This document shows, piece after piece, positions 12,908 to 25,890 of a DNA stretch of 64,000 bases (positions are counted from its first letter, which is position 1; every line of letters begins with the position of its first letter). A program made the position numbers and the translations under genes. Origin of the DNA: Neocallimastix sp. 'constans' (lineage: Eukaryota); assembly GCA_050613775.1 (NCBI GenBank), contig JBODTK010000155.1, positions 248,001 through 312,000 of the forward strand, read 5' to 3'. Under the pieces are notes generated by a model that was given only the letters and a program-made list of their open reading frames with translations, searched no databases and was not told the DNA's origin.

Positions 12908-12924
12908 TGGTGCGAAGTGTGAGG
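12908..12924 (+). promoter_or_regulatory. Primer-binding site of element A
   Basis: TGGTGCGAAGTGTGAGG just after the 5' LTR, complementary to a tRNA 3' end (CCUCACACUUCGCACCA); tRNA identity not determined. Confidence 0.85.
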
Positions 12925-13353
12925 TTGTAGTTAAAAATAGGCTTATTAGTGTATAGTTATTAATTGTAATTAATATTTATTATTTAGTTAGATTTCGGAG
13001 AAATTGCGTTTAGAGGTTAAAGACGTCGTTTCTCAACATTTTAATTAAATTTAGTGTTAGAGTTATTGTAGTAAAATATGAAGTAGGAGACCGGGAAATC
13101 GAACCAGAATAAAAACGATTAACCTATATTCATATACTACAATATTATCAATAAATTTCATATTTAGAATTTAATAATTAATTTTTGTTTAATGCAAAAT
13201 TTAGTGTAAATAAAATTTTTACTAATTAGGAAATAATTATTAATTAATAATAATATAACTTTAGGGTTAGGAAATAATTTATCTTAGTATATCTTAGTAG
13301 ATAGTTGTTAATCATTAACTTTAAAATTGAATAATAATAATAATAATAATAAT

Positions 13354-13396
<43 letters not shown>

Positions 13397-13443
13397 TAAA
13401 AAAAAAATACATATACACATACAATATATTCATTTAATAAAAT

Positions 13444-14403
13444 ATGAAGATGAGCTCCAACCGTGAAGGAAGAAAAATTCCACTCCCAATTATAGGTGGA
13501 AATAATAAGAATGTAAAAGCTTGGTACATTCTTATGAAAAATTGGTTAAAGATGGAAAAGGTTACTGATGACGAAGAAAAATTTCAGTTCATTTTGGCAG
13601 GAACTGTAGAAGAAGCCACCCAAATTGTGAGCGATAAATTCGTAGAAGCAAACAGAATTTTAAATTTAGAAGAGTGTAGAGATATCCTCCTGGAAAGGTA
13701 TCATCTAAACGAAGATGAAAGATTTAGGGAATTAAAAACTTTACTAATTATGCCAAATGAAAGTGTCAGGGAATTTAACGATAGGTACTTGGATTACTAC
13801 TGCCAGCTCTCTACAGATAATAAAGCAAAATTATCAGTCTACGATTACGAGAATTCTATACGTAGTCGAACTGATATTTATGAAAAGGTAGCCTATGAAG
13901 AAGCCAAGACTATTGAGGCTGCTTGTAAAATTGCAGAAAAAGTAGAAAGAATAAAACTTGGAAGTCGTTCAGTACAAAAGGGTAGAAAATTTAACAATAA
14001 TAATATCCAAAATAATTATCCTTTTATTAGTAGATATAGTTCCAACCAAAACTTTAATCAATTAAATAATAATTATAACTCATTCTTAAATACCAATTTA
14101 CAAAATAAAAATAGGAATTTAAATAATGAATTACAGAGGAGTAATAATTTTAACAATAATTATAACAACTATAATAATATTAATAATAATACATTAAATA
14201 GAATGAATAATACAAAGGTTCCAAGAAATATTAATAATACTCCTAACAATAATAATGGTTTAAATAGTGTTGATGATATTACTAGGGGTTTAGAGAACCT
14301 ACATATAAAAGTATGTTATTGGTGCCATGAGCCTGGCCATATTATTAGGTATTGCCCACAACTTAGATACCAACAAAACAATAATCAAAATACAAAAAAC
14401 TAG
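13444..14403 (+). CDS. gag: Gag of element A
   Basis: 319 aa with C-terminal CCHC knuckle CYWCHEPGHIIRYC. Confidence 0.93.
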   Translation: MKMSSNREGRKIPLPIIGGNNKNVKAWYILMKNWLKMEKVTDDEEKFQFILAGTVEEATQIVSDKFVEANRILNLEECRDILLERYHLNEDERFRELKTLLIMPNESVREFNDRYLDYYCQLSTDNKAKLSVYDYENSIRSRTDIYEKVAYEEAKTIEAACKIAEKVERIKLGSRSVQKGRKFNNNNIQNNYPFISRYSSNQNFNQLNNNYNSFLNTNLQNKNRNLNNELQRSNNFNNNYNNYNNINNNTLNRMNNTKVPRNINNTPNNNNGLNSVDDITRGLENLHIKVCYWCHEPGHIIRYCPQLRYQQNNNQNTKN

Positions 14404-17400
14404 ATTACGGAAGAAGGCTAACTTCCAATAATCAAAATGCCAACAATAATGATTATGGTGAAAACAATATTGCTACTGTTTGTCTCAATAATGATTATAG
14501 TAATAACCATAACAATTATAATAATAACTACAATAATATTTATGATAATAATTATAATGAAGATTATGATAATGATAATTTTAACCATTATGATAATAAT
14601 GATTATAATAATGATTATAATAATGATTATAATAATGATTATGATAATATAAATAATAATGAACAATTCTATTTTGAAAATGATAAAATTAATGATTATA
14701 ATGGCGACAATGTTGTAGTATCTTCTTACGACAATCATAACAATTTGGAAGAAATTATAGCTGCTGCAAAAAGAGAAAGAGATGAAAAATATAATAATAT
14801 ATTAACAAACGCTAATAAGAAGTTACGCAATATAACGAATAATTATGACAAAACTTCCATTAATAATTCACAAACTATTCCTCAAAATAAAATATTTGAT
14901 AATATAAATAATATTAGTAATCCTATCCAAAATAATAATTCCACTGATAATATTATAAATAACAAACGAATTATTAAACCTACGAGAAGAATAAATAAAA
15001 AAGTCCCTAACAATAATATTAAAATTGATAATAATAATGAAAATAAAGATAAAAAAAATGAAGTTCATAATAACGCACAGCAAAGAGAAAGAATTAAGAA
15101 TAAAATTAATGATAATGATTCAAGTAAAAAAATTAATAATATGAATACAGTTAATAATGTTAATAATATGGACAAAATGAAGAATAAAAATTTAACGGAA
15201 AAAGAAAAGAAACAAAAACCTACCATACAGATGATGAGAAACCGCGAGCAATATAATATTTGGGAAGATTTATTAAATATTCCAGCAAATATTACAATTG
15301 GACAACTCCTTAACATTTCAAAAATTTCTAAAGATGAATTAATTAAAGGTATTAAGAATTCAAAGCAAAATAATGAAAATATTATTAATGCTACTAATTC
15401 TAATATAGATAATAACTATAATAATAACGATAATAATAGTACCAATAGTAGTAACAATGAAAATTATAGTGATATTAATTATAATAGTAAAATAGCTAAT
15501 AATTTAAATAATAATAATAATATTGTACACGAACATGATGTTGCAGTTGTACGTGGATATATTAATGGCTATCCTGCTTCAATTTTCATAGACGCGTGTA
15601 GTAATGCAAATTTAATATCACGTAAATTTTTAAATAAATTTGTTAAAAATTATAAAATTATTGGCCATGATAAAAGTACCATTAGACAAGCGATGGTTGA
15701 TGATATAAGTCGTGTTTATGATATTGTTCGCTTAGCTGTTAAACTTGGTTCTGTTGAATTTATTACTGATTTTAAAATTTCCGATAAAGACAATCCTTTT
15801 TATGATGCGATTATTTCTCTTAAAACACAATCTGATAACAGGATTCTTATTGACACAATTCATAAAGTTCTTGCTTATATGAATATGGACGATAAATTAG
15901 TACCTATTAGTAATATAGAAGATATAAATACTTTCCGTTCTCAGTCTTTATTATGTGTTTCTCCTGAACCAAAAATTGATATTGTTGAGGCTACTTTATT
16001 TGTTGATGCTAATGAACCTAATTCTAATATTAGTGCTAAAGAAAAAGACGATGTAATTAATTCTATTATTAATCAATTAAAATTTAAAAATAAAAAAGAT
16101 TATAAAAAATTTTGTAGATTATTAAAAAAATTTGATGATATTATTGCCATTTCTTCTGATGATTTGGAACCTTCTAAATTATTTCCTCATCATATTATTT
16201 TAGAAGAAAACTCTATGCCAATTAAACAAAAGGCGTATAAAATTTCTCAGGTTCAATCTAATGCTTTAAAGGAAGAACTTCATAAATTATTGGAGAAAAA
16301 GTTAATTGAACCTTCTCATTCTCCATGGGCTTCTCCTGTTGTTTTAGTTTTAAAGAAAAATGGTAAATGGCGTCTTTGTGTTGATTTTAGGAAGTTGAAT
16401 GATATTACTATTAAAGATGCCTATGCACTCCCAAAAATTCGTGAAATCTTTGATGCTTTGAAAGATGCAAAAATATTTTCTTCTATTGATTTATTTAGTG
16501 GTTACCATCAAATTCCTATGTGGGCTGAAGATATGGAAAAGACTTCTTTTACAACAAAATTTGGTAATTACTATTTTAAAGTTATGCCCTTTGGTTTAAC
16601 TAACGCGCCTGCTACCTTCCAGCGTGAAATGAATAGAATCTTCTTTGATTTAATTAATGATTGCGTTCAAATATACTTAGATGATATTATTATTTATTCC
16701 GATAGTTTTGAAAATCATCTAATTCATCTTTCCAAAGTTTTTAATATTTTAAGAAAATATAATTTAAAATTAAACATAGAAAAATGTCATTTCTGTCAAA
16801 CAGAAATTGAAGCTTTAGGTCATAAAGTTACTACTGATGGTTTACTTCCTCTAGATAAGAAAACGCTTTCCATTATGAATATGACTCCTCCTACTAATGT
16901 ATCCGAACTTCGTTCTTTTCTAGGCATGACTGGTTATTATAGAAATTTCATTGACAATTACTCTGCTAAATCTGCACCTCTTTGTTCTTTGTTAAGGAAG
17001 AATACTCCATTTGTTTGGACTGATTCTCAAAACAATAGCTTTCAATTATTAAAGAATTGTTTAATCAGTGCCCCTATCCTCTGTTACCCTAAATTTGATA
17101 TTCCATTTATTATTCGTTCCGATGCTTGTGGTTATGGTATTGGTGGTGTTCTTTTACAACTTTATGATGATAATATTGAACACCCTATTTATTTTGTTAG
17201 TAGAAGTTTAAAAAAATCTGAGAAAAATTATACTACAACTGAACTTGAAGGCACTGCTGCTTATTATTGCTTAGTCCAATTCGAACATTATATTTTAGGT
17301 AATCCATTCAAAACAATTCTATATACTGATCACAAACCTTTAGTTTCTATTATTAAAAGTTGTGAGCCGAATACTCTTAAACATCAACGTTGGTGTGATA

Positions 17401-18796
17401 AATTTAGTAAACTTCAAGTTGATATTGTTTATCACCCTGGTAAAGCTAATTTGATTGCTGATGCATTGTCTAGAGTTGTTCGTAAAGACTTCTCTGTTAC
17501 TAATGTTTGTATTAGTTCTAATTCTCTTCTTAATAGCGATATTCTGTTCACTTCTGTTAACAATTCTAATAGTTCCATTGATTCCTCCATTGTTAATAAT
17601 TCACCTATTGATAGCTCCATTCTCACCCAGGAGGAGAACGAAAAATTCATTTCTGAATTTATGTATAAATTTTTAACCGAAAAAATAGTTAAAATTGATA
17701 ATAAATTATATTTTAGAGATGATAATAAATTAAGAAAAATTATTGATGATCCCTATGAAAAAATTAAAATTATTACTAAAGAACATAGAGTGGGTCATGA
17801 AGGTATTCAGAAAACTTACGAAAGAATAAAAGAAAAGTATTACTGGAAAAATTTAATAATAGATGTAAAAAAATATATTTCGCTATGCAAAATATGCCAA
17901 CTAAATCGTTCTGAGCCATTGCCGAAACCAACAGAAAAATATGGAACTCCTGTAGAAGCTCCTTTTGTTAGAGTTGGTTTAGATATTATTGGACCCCAGA
18001 AACACAACAAGGTAATAAATATATTATTGTTTGCGTAGATTATTTTACAAAGTGGGTAGAAGCTAAACCACTTCGTACTACTACTTCACAGGACGTAACA
18101 AATTTCTTAGTAGAAGTTTTTAGTAGACATGGTATACCAGAACTAATTATTACAGATAATGGTGTACAGTTTACTGCTGATTATACTAAAATATTTTTAG
18201 ATCTATATGATGTGTACGTTCATTTTGTTAGTACATATCATCCAGAATCAAATGGATTAGTGGAAAACAGAAATAGAGAAATAGGAAAGCAATTAAGAAA
18301 TTTCTCGAATGATAACAAACATTGGGATATTTTGTTACCGCTGGCTTTATGGGCTTTAAGAACCAGTAAATCTGCTGTAACGGGTTATTCAAGTTTTGAA
18401 CTTTTATATGGACGTAAGGAATTACTACCTATAGATATAAATTTAAGAAATTCAATTTTGGAAGATAATAGTAGAACTATGGACGAAATATTAATGGAAA
18501 GGTTCGTTGAGCATGCTAAATGGGTTGAAAAAGCAGCAAAAAAAATGCTTGGAACAATCCATTATTGGAAAACTCGAAGACAAGCTCAACAAAGTATGGA
18601 AAATAAGAAAAATTTTAAAATTGGTGATTTAGTAAAAATAAGAAATCACCAACGAACTAAACTTGAACCGTATTTCCTTGGCCCATATATAATTAAGGAC
18701 ATATCTTGGAATACAGTTCAATTACAGGATGCCATGGACGGTACAAAATTGGAAAGAAACGTCCATATTAAAAATATATTACCTTTTAATGAATGA
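14400..18796 (+). CDS. pol: Pol of element A (PR, RT, RNase H, integrase); -1 frame relative to gag; frame break at ~17997 in integrase
   Basis: Frame open from 14400 into ORF 14745; FIDACS protease-like motif, YLDD, RSDAC, HHCC; integrase core continues in another frame (GNKYIIVCVDYFTKWVEA...ITDNG...NGLVE) into ORF 18212-18796. Confidence 0.93.
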
Positions 18797-19012
18797 AATT
18801 TCAAATTGAAATTTCAAAAATCTTTAATTTCTTTATATAAAAAAAAAATTTTTTTTATTATTAAAATTTTATTATAAAAATTTTCAAAAATTTCATTTTT
18901 TTTATAATTAAATTTAATATAAATTAATATAAAAATTTTTAATCTAAATTATTATAAATTTAATTTCACTAATTTCTTGCGAAATTAAGTTCAATTCTAG
19001 CAGGGAAGTTTC

Positions 19013-19521
19013 TGATATAAAACAAATATGTGTAGCAACATATTTGTATATTTGAATATTTGTATATTCAGATATTAAATTTATATCTTATTATTTATAA
19101 TAATTTATATTATTATATATTTTATATTATTATTTATATTATATTATTTTTATTTTGTATATATTATTTATATTCCTTATATATATTTCTTAAATATTAA
19201 ATTATACTTCTTATTTTAAATTATTAAAGTTTATAATTATTAAAGTATATATAATTAATATAATAGTTTATATTATTTATATATTATTCATATTAAAATA
19301 TTATTATTTATTTATATATATATTATATTTATATATATATATTTATTTATAATAATTATATATTATTAATACTTTACAGTATAATTAATATTAACTCTTA
19401 TTCTTGTTTTTGTTTTTCTTTAGTAGAAATAATATTGTAATTATAAAATAAATATTAATAAAAATTATTAATAACTCAAATACACTTATTAAACCAGCTA
19501 CAACATAAAGAATATCACATT
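19013..19521 (+). repeat. 3' LTR of element A
   Basis: Follows the PPT; near-identical to the 5' LTR. Confidence 0.97.
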
Positions 19522-20486
19522 AGTAAATAAATCATATGAACTAAATTTTTGAATTATATTCTTTAAGCCACAAGATAAATTTTTAATGTAATAATTTTTA
19601 TAAAATTTAATTCTGAGAAAATTATTGTTGTAAAATAATTTAAATGAATTAATTAAAGTTTAAAACAAAATAAATTAATAATTTATTTTGTGAAAATTAA
19701 GTTTCAAAATTTAATCATGACTCCTTTAACATTGTTTTTAAATCGAAAATAAAGACTTTACTTATAATATTAAAATAATAAATAGATAATAAATGTACTT
19801 AATTTTAATTATTTAGTATTTAGTTTAATTAATAATTATATTTTTCTAAATTTAGCTATAGTTTATAAATCTATTATTTAATAAAATTCATTAGGATAGT
19901 TTTATATTAAAATATATGTAATTTAAATAAAATAATATATTATCAATGTATTTAGGAAAAGTATAAATAGAAGATACTTTTCACATTTTAAATATATTTT
20001 AATGAAAAATTTTTTAATAAAATAAAATTTATTGTATTTTGTTATTGTAATCTATTTTTGTGTTTTCTTTTACAATAACAATTACCTTTTATTTTACAAA
20101 ATACGTTGCAATAACAGAATCCGCAAGCTGAAGATTTTTTTGGTCTACCGCCGGTCAAGAGTTTTTATTCAGAGCTAACCATTTTGGAATCAATAATTGG
20201 ACTGTAATCGAGGACCACAATTCAGTACTTTAATGAACATTGTATCTAGTAATACAGACTAAAAACAAGTGAGAAAACTCCTTCTAATAACCAGAAAAAA
20301 AAATAATTATTCAAAATTAATAAGCCATTTATAAAAAATTAGTTTACTCGACCGTCACCATACATAATTGGATAGAGACCTGGTCGACTTTACTAATATA
20401 ATTATAAAGTTATTAATTTTGAGAAAACAAAACAAAACAAAGCAAAAAATAAATAAATAAATAATTAAATAATAAATTTTCTTAAA

Positions 20487-23400
20487 TTGGAAGACTTAGA
20501 AAGACTCTTTGAAACATTATCCTTGGAAGAGATAATGGAGAATCACGAAGAAAACAATGCATTTGGTGTAATTAATAAGCCGCCATCATTTACTGGAAGA
20601 AAATGCGACCTTGAGGGATTCCTTACAAGGGCAGAACTAGCAATAGAATCCCGACCAAATCAATTTAATAACGATGCAGCAAGAGTAAGATTCCTAATGT
20701 CTTACATGCTTGGGAAACCTTTGGAATGGGTCTCTTGCTTGCGTAGAAATAATAGCCCATTACTTAACTCATACGATGACTTCGTGAAAGAGTTAAAATC
20801 AAACTTCGGTGATTATACCAGTGAATCCATTGTTGCCAATAGTAAGCTGTGTAGTATTTATCAGAAGAAGAATGGGCACGTATTTGAATATATTTCAGAA
20901 TTTCAAAGGATCGCTCAATACTCTGACTTTAATGAAAGTGCAAAAATATATATGTTCATTAGAGGATTAAAACAACCTTTAAGAGAGAAACTTGCTTTAA
21001 TCGATCCAAATCCTAGATCTCTTGATAGGTTAACTACTACAGTATTAAATATAGAAAGCTTAATTAGAAGAAACGAAAAGGTAGAATTTTTTAGTAATAC
21101 TGCTGCGCATAACGACCCAATGGACATTGACCTTTACCGTATAAAAAGAGGTCCCAACGAGAGAAAATATACTTACCGTCCAATAAAGTATAAAGAAGAA
21201 AAGAGAGATTATTCAGAAGAAAGAAAGAAGGGCGTTTGTTTCCTATGTAAGCAACCCGGACATCTTAAATTCAATTGTCCAAATAAGATAAAGCCAAAAA
21301 ACTTAAGGTTAATTATGAAGGGAAAGGATACCGATGATAGTGTTATGGGTAACTTTTCAAATATGCGTAGAATAAGAAGACTTACTGAACAAGAAGAACT
21401 TGTAATGATGAGAGAAGTTACTTGTGAAGACAAAAATCAACAAAAAACAAATATTTTAGATTTTTTTATCAAGACTAATGAGATTGAAGAAAGCAAGGTT
21501 AAGGTTCTTATTGACTATGGATCCGACTTAAATTTTATCCATCCGGAGGTCGTAAAGAAACTTGGTATTAAGACAGAAAGGATCAATAAATCTTTTAGCG
21601 TCTCAGGACTTGGATATGGAATCGCTAATGTCACTAAAGAAACTGAAAAATGTATTCTACGTTATAAGAACCACTTAGAAATTATTCAATTTTATGTTCT
21701 CCGAATCCCAGATGTAGATGTGATTCTAGGACTACCTTGGATTGATAAGCACAGTCCAAGTAATTACCATGATGCTAAGAAAATCGCTTTTAGTTCTGGT
21801 TTTTGTGCTCGCCATTGTAATAATGGAAAAAGAAGAAGAAGCAAAAGAAAAAGGACTACTAAGAGAAATAAGATGGCTATTCTTGAACAAGAACTTAAAG
21901 TAACTGATGAAGAAAAAAGGGAAGAACCATCCTGTTCAAGATCCACTTTAAAATATTATTCTGACTCCGAATCCGAACCCGAACCATATTTCAAAGGACG
22001 AGTTGTTCGAACTATAAATGATGAATCCGATAGTGATTATGATTTAGATGATAATTTTATGTACGATAGTATTAGTGAAAGTGAATTAGAAAAAAGTTTA
22101 GAATGTGAAAATGATAGTGATAGTATAGTTAAAAATGACTCATGTAATAATATTAATGTTTCATGTAAAAAATTTAAATCTTGTAACGAAAATGAAAATT
22201 TAAATAAAAATCAAAATTCGGTCACCGTACCAATCATCTATTTAGATTATAAAGAATTGTTTAATGAAAAAAATTGTAGTGTGTTACCTCCACATAGAGT
22301 ATATGATTGTGAGATAAATTTAAAAGATAATTCAATTTTATTTTATGGTCCTTTGTATCCTTTGACGGAATTAGAGCGTGAAGAATTAAAGAAACAATTA
22401 AAGGAATTATTAGATAAAGGATTCATTAGAAAGTCCACTTCTCCTGCTGGTGCTCCAGTTCTATTTGTTAGAAAAAAAGATGGTACATTACGTTTAGTTA
22501 TTGATTATAGAAAGTTAAATGAAATGACGATATGTAATTCATATCCTTTACCTTTAATTAGTGAACTACTTGATAGAGTTAAAGGTGCTAAAATATTTAC
22601 GAAACTAGATTTAAAATCTGCATATAATCTAGTCCGTATTAAAGAAGGCGATGAATATAAAACTGCCTTTAGAACCAGATATGGGCATTTTGAATTCTTA
22701 GTTATGCCTTTCGGACTAAAGAATGCACCTGCTACTTTTCAGCACTTTATCAATGATGTTCTCAGTGATTATTTAGATGATTTTGTCATTTCTTATATTG
22801 ATGATATTCTTATCTTTTCCAATAATATCGAAGAGCATCACATACATGTTAAAAAGGTATTAAAAAGATTACTTGAAAATAATTTAGTTGTGAAATTGGA
22901 AAAATGTGAATTTGATAAATCGGAAACCACTTTCCTTGGCTATGTAATTTCGAAAGATGGATTAAAAATGGATAATGAAAAAGTTAAAGCAATTTTAGAA
23001 TGGCCTTCTCCAACAAACGTTAAGGAAGTCCAATCGTTCATCGGTCTTTGCAATTATTATCGTCTTTTCATAAAAGATTTTGCTAAAATCGCAAATCCTA
23101 TTCACAAACTCACTAGAAAAAATGTTGAATTTGTTTGGGGTAAAGATCAACAAGACGCTTTCGATAAGTTAAAGCATTTATTTACTTCTGCTCCTATCTT
23201 AAGAAATCCTGACAGCGATAAACCTTTTATAGTTGAAACTGATGCTAGTAACTTTGCTGTTGGTGCTGTATTATCTCAAGAATTTGAAGGTAAATTACAT
23301 CCCGTTGCATTTCTCTCGAAAAGTTTAACTAAATGTCAGAGGAATTACCAAATTTATGATAAAGAATTGTTAGCAATCAAATTAGCACTTGAGGAATGGC

Positions 23401-25198
23401 GACATTACTTAGAAGGTGCTCGACATCAATTTATACTGATCATAAAAATCTTACTTTCCCTAGAAAACCAGAAATGCTCTCTCAACGGCAAATTCGTTGG
23501 TACGAATTTTTATCTAGATTTGATTTTAAGCTTATTTATCGTGCTGGAAAGAAGTCTGGCAAACCTGATTTACTCTCAAGAAGAAGTGATCATTTATTCG
23601 CCAATTTACGAACTGTGTCAAAATGTTGTTTAACAATTAGTAAAAAATCTAGTGATTCTCTCATTAATTCTATATTGTCTTCATTAAATTCGGATGAATT
23701 ATTTTGTAAAATTAAAACTTATTTAAGCAACAATTCCTCATCTTCGCCTCCTATAAATAATATAAATAAAGTAAAAATTGATGAGGAAGAATTTCTACTT
23801 TTTGATAATTTGATTTATGTTCCTGAATCATTAAGAACGAGGATTCTTGAACTTCATCATGATTCAGTTTCTGCTGGTCACTTTGGTATTAAAAAGACGT
23901 CCGAACTTATTTCCCGTAATTTTTGGTGGCCAAAATTATTCAATGATGTTTCAAGGTTTGTTAGGTCTTGTGAGATTTGTTGTAAAAACAAGGTCCCACG
24001 TCATAAACCTTACGGTCTTCTTTCACCTCTTTCTACACCGAATAAACCGTGGTCTGAATTATCTATGGATTTTATTGTTGATCTGCCTAAGTCTAAAGAT
24101 CTTACTTGTATTATGGTTGTTGTAGATCGTTTAACTAAAATGGCACATTTTATTCCCTTTCGCTGTCTTCCTACTGCTGCCATTGCCGCTGATGCTTTTC
24201 TTTCTACTATTTTTCGTTTGCACGGCTTACCGGAATCTATTATTTCGGACAGAGGTTCTCAGTTTACTTCTGCGTTTTGGAACAGACTATGTAGCCTTTA
24301 TGACATTGAACATTCTCTTTCTACTGCTAATCATCCTCAAACAGATGGTCAAACGGAGAGGGTGAACGCGATATTGGAACAATATCTCCGTTGCTTCATC
24401 AATGAAAGACAAAACAATTGGGTTGATCTTTTACCATTTGCTGAGTTCTCATATAATAACTCTATACAGCAATCAATTAATCAAACACCATTTTTTGCAA
24501 ATTATGGATTTAATCCTAAAGCTCATCCAGAAATTCCATCTAATAAAAGACCTAGTAGGGCGGAAAAACGTGTAATTGAGATTAATGAAAATATAAATTT
24601 TTTAAAAGAGAATTTACATAGAGCAAAAGAAACTTATAAGAAATATGCTGATCAAAAAAGAATGGATCCTCCTAAATTTGAAGTTGGTGATAAAGTTTGG
24701 TTACTTAAAGGAATTAACGTAAAAAATAAGAAAAAGAAACTTTCTAATCAAATGGCTGGTCCCTTCAAAATTAGTAAGAAAATAAGTGATTTAGCTTACG
24801 AACTTAATCTTCCAAAGGGAATGCGTTGCCATCCAGTTTTTCATGTTTCATTACTCGAACCTTACTATGAAAACGAATTTAAAGATAGGAGAAATTGCAA
24901 AAGAAAAAATATACGTTTAACAACTGATTATGAAGAAAGAATTCCGGAAAGAATTAACGACATGAAGAGACGTAATGGAAAAAACTTTTACCTTGTTTCT
25001 TGGAAAGGTCGTGACATTGTCGAAAACAACTGGATTGAAGAAAGTCAAATCCCTGATCCACAGTTAATTCAAGAATATCAAAAAAGATGCAGAAAAGGAA
25101 AACAACCAACTGATACTGAGGAATCCGTTGAACCGGAATATTATGTCAGGCATAAGTATCAACCTTTTACGATAGATATACATTCGAGAAAACTTTGA
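20487..25198 (+). CDS. Gag-Pol of chromovirus B (first ATG at 20535); frameshift at ~23430 in RNase H
   Basis: CFLCKQPGHLKFNC knuckle, LIDYGS protease, YIDD, ETDAS, then YTDHKNL in a shifted frame, HHCC/DDE integrase, GPF motif, chromodomain (FYLVSWKGRDIVENNWIEESQI). Confidence 0.95.
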
Positions 25199-25229
25199 TC
25201 TCGCAGGAGCTCGATTTAAGGAGGGAGAT

Positions 25230-25885
25230 TGTAAAGATGTGATTATCCCAATCACATTTTAAATTAAAAATTTTTCTTGTGTAATTCAAAAATGTAAATT
25301 ATTCTTTGATTTATAAAATAATAAACAAAGTAAATAAATCATATGAACTAAATTTTTGAATTATATTCTTTAAGCCACAAGATAAATTTTTAATGTAATA
25401 ATTTTTATAAAATTTAATTCTGAGAAAATTATTGTTGTAAAATAATTTAAATGAATTAATTAAAGTTTAAAACAAAATAAATTAATAATTTATTTTGTGA
25501 AAATTAAGTTTCAAAATTTAATCATGACTCCTTTAACATTGTTTTTAAATCGAAAATAAATAAAGACTTTACTTATAATATTAAAATAATAAATAGATAA
25601 TAAATGTACTTAATTTTAATTATTTAGTATTTAGTTTAATTAATAATTATATTTTTCTAAATTTAGCTATAGTTTATAAATCTATTATTTAATAAAATTC
25701 ATTAGGATAGTTTTATATTAAAATATATGTAATTTAAATAAAATAATATATTATCAATGTATTTAGGAAAAGTATAAATAGAAGATACTTTTCACATTTT
25801 AAATATATTTTAATGAAAAATTTTTTAATAAAATAAAATTTATTGTATTTTGTTATTGTAATCTATTTTTGTGTTTTCTTTTACA
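25230..25885 (+). repeat. 3' LTR of element B (656 bp)
   Basis: TGTAAAGATG...TTTTACA; equals the rejoined 5' LTR (652 bp) apart from a 4-bp TAAA indel. Confidence 0.97.
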
Positions 25886-25890
25886 ATGTG

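Larger units (their letters stand above)
12393..19521 (+). mobile_element. Element A: full-length Ty3/gypsy LTR retrotransposon
   Basis: 509-bp LTRs at 12393-12901 and 19013-19521, TSD AGTAA (12388-12392, 19522-19526), PBS, PPT AGCAGGGAAG (~18999-19008), gag and pol in PR-RT-RH-IN order. Confidence 0.97.
12289..25885 (+). mobile_element. Element B: full-length chromovirus (Ty3/gypsy) LTR retrotransposon, 5' LTR interrupted by element A
   Basis: TG...CA LTRs (12289-12392 + 19527-20074; 25230-25885), TSD ATGTG (12284-12288, 25886-25890), PPT AAGGAGGGAGA before 25230, gag-PR-RT-RH-IN-chromodomain order. Confidence 0.97.

Noticed and set aside
14745..14747. TTG start for pol of element A
   Set aside because: The frame is open from 14400 and a -1 slippery site explains expression
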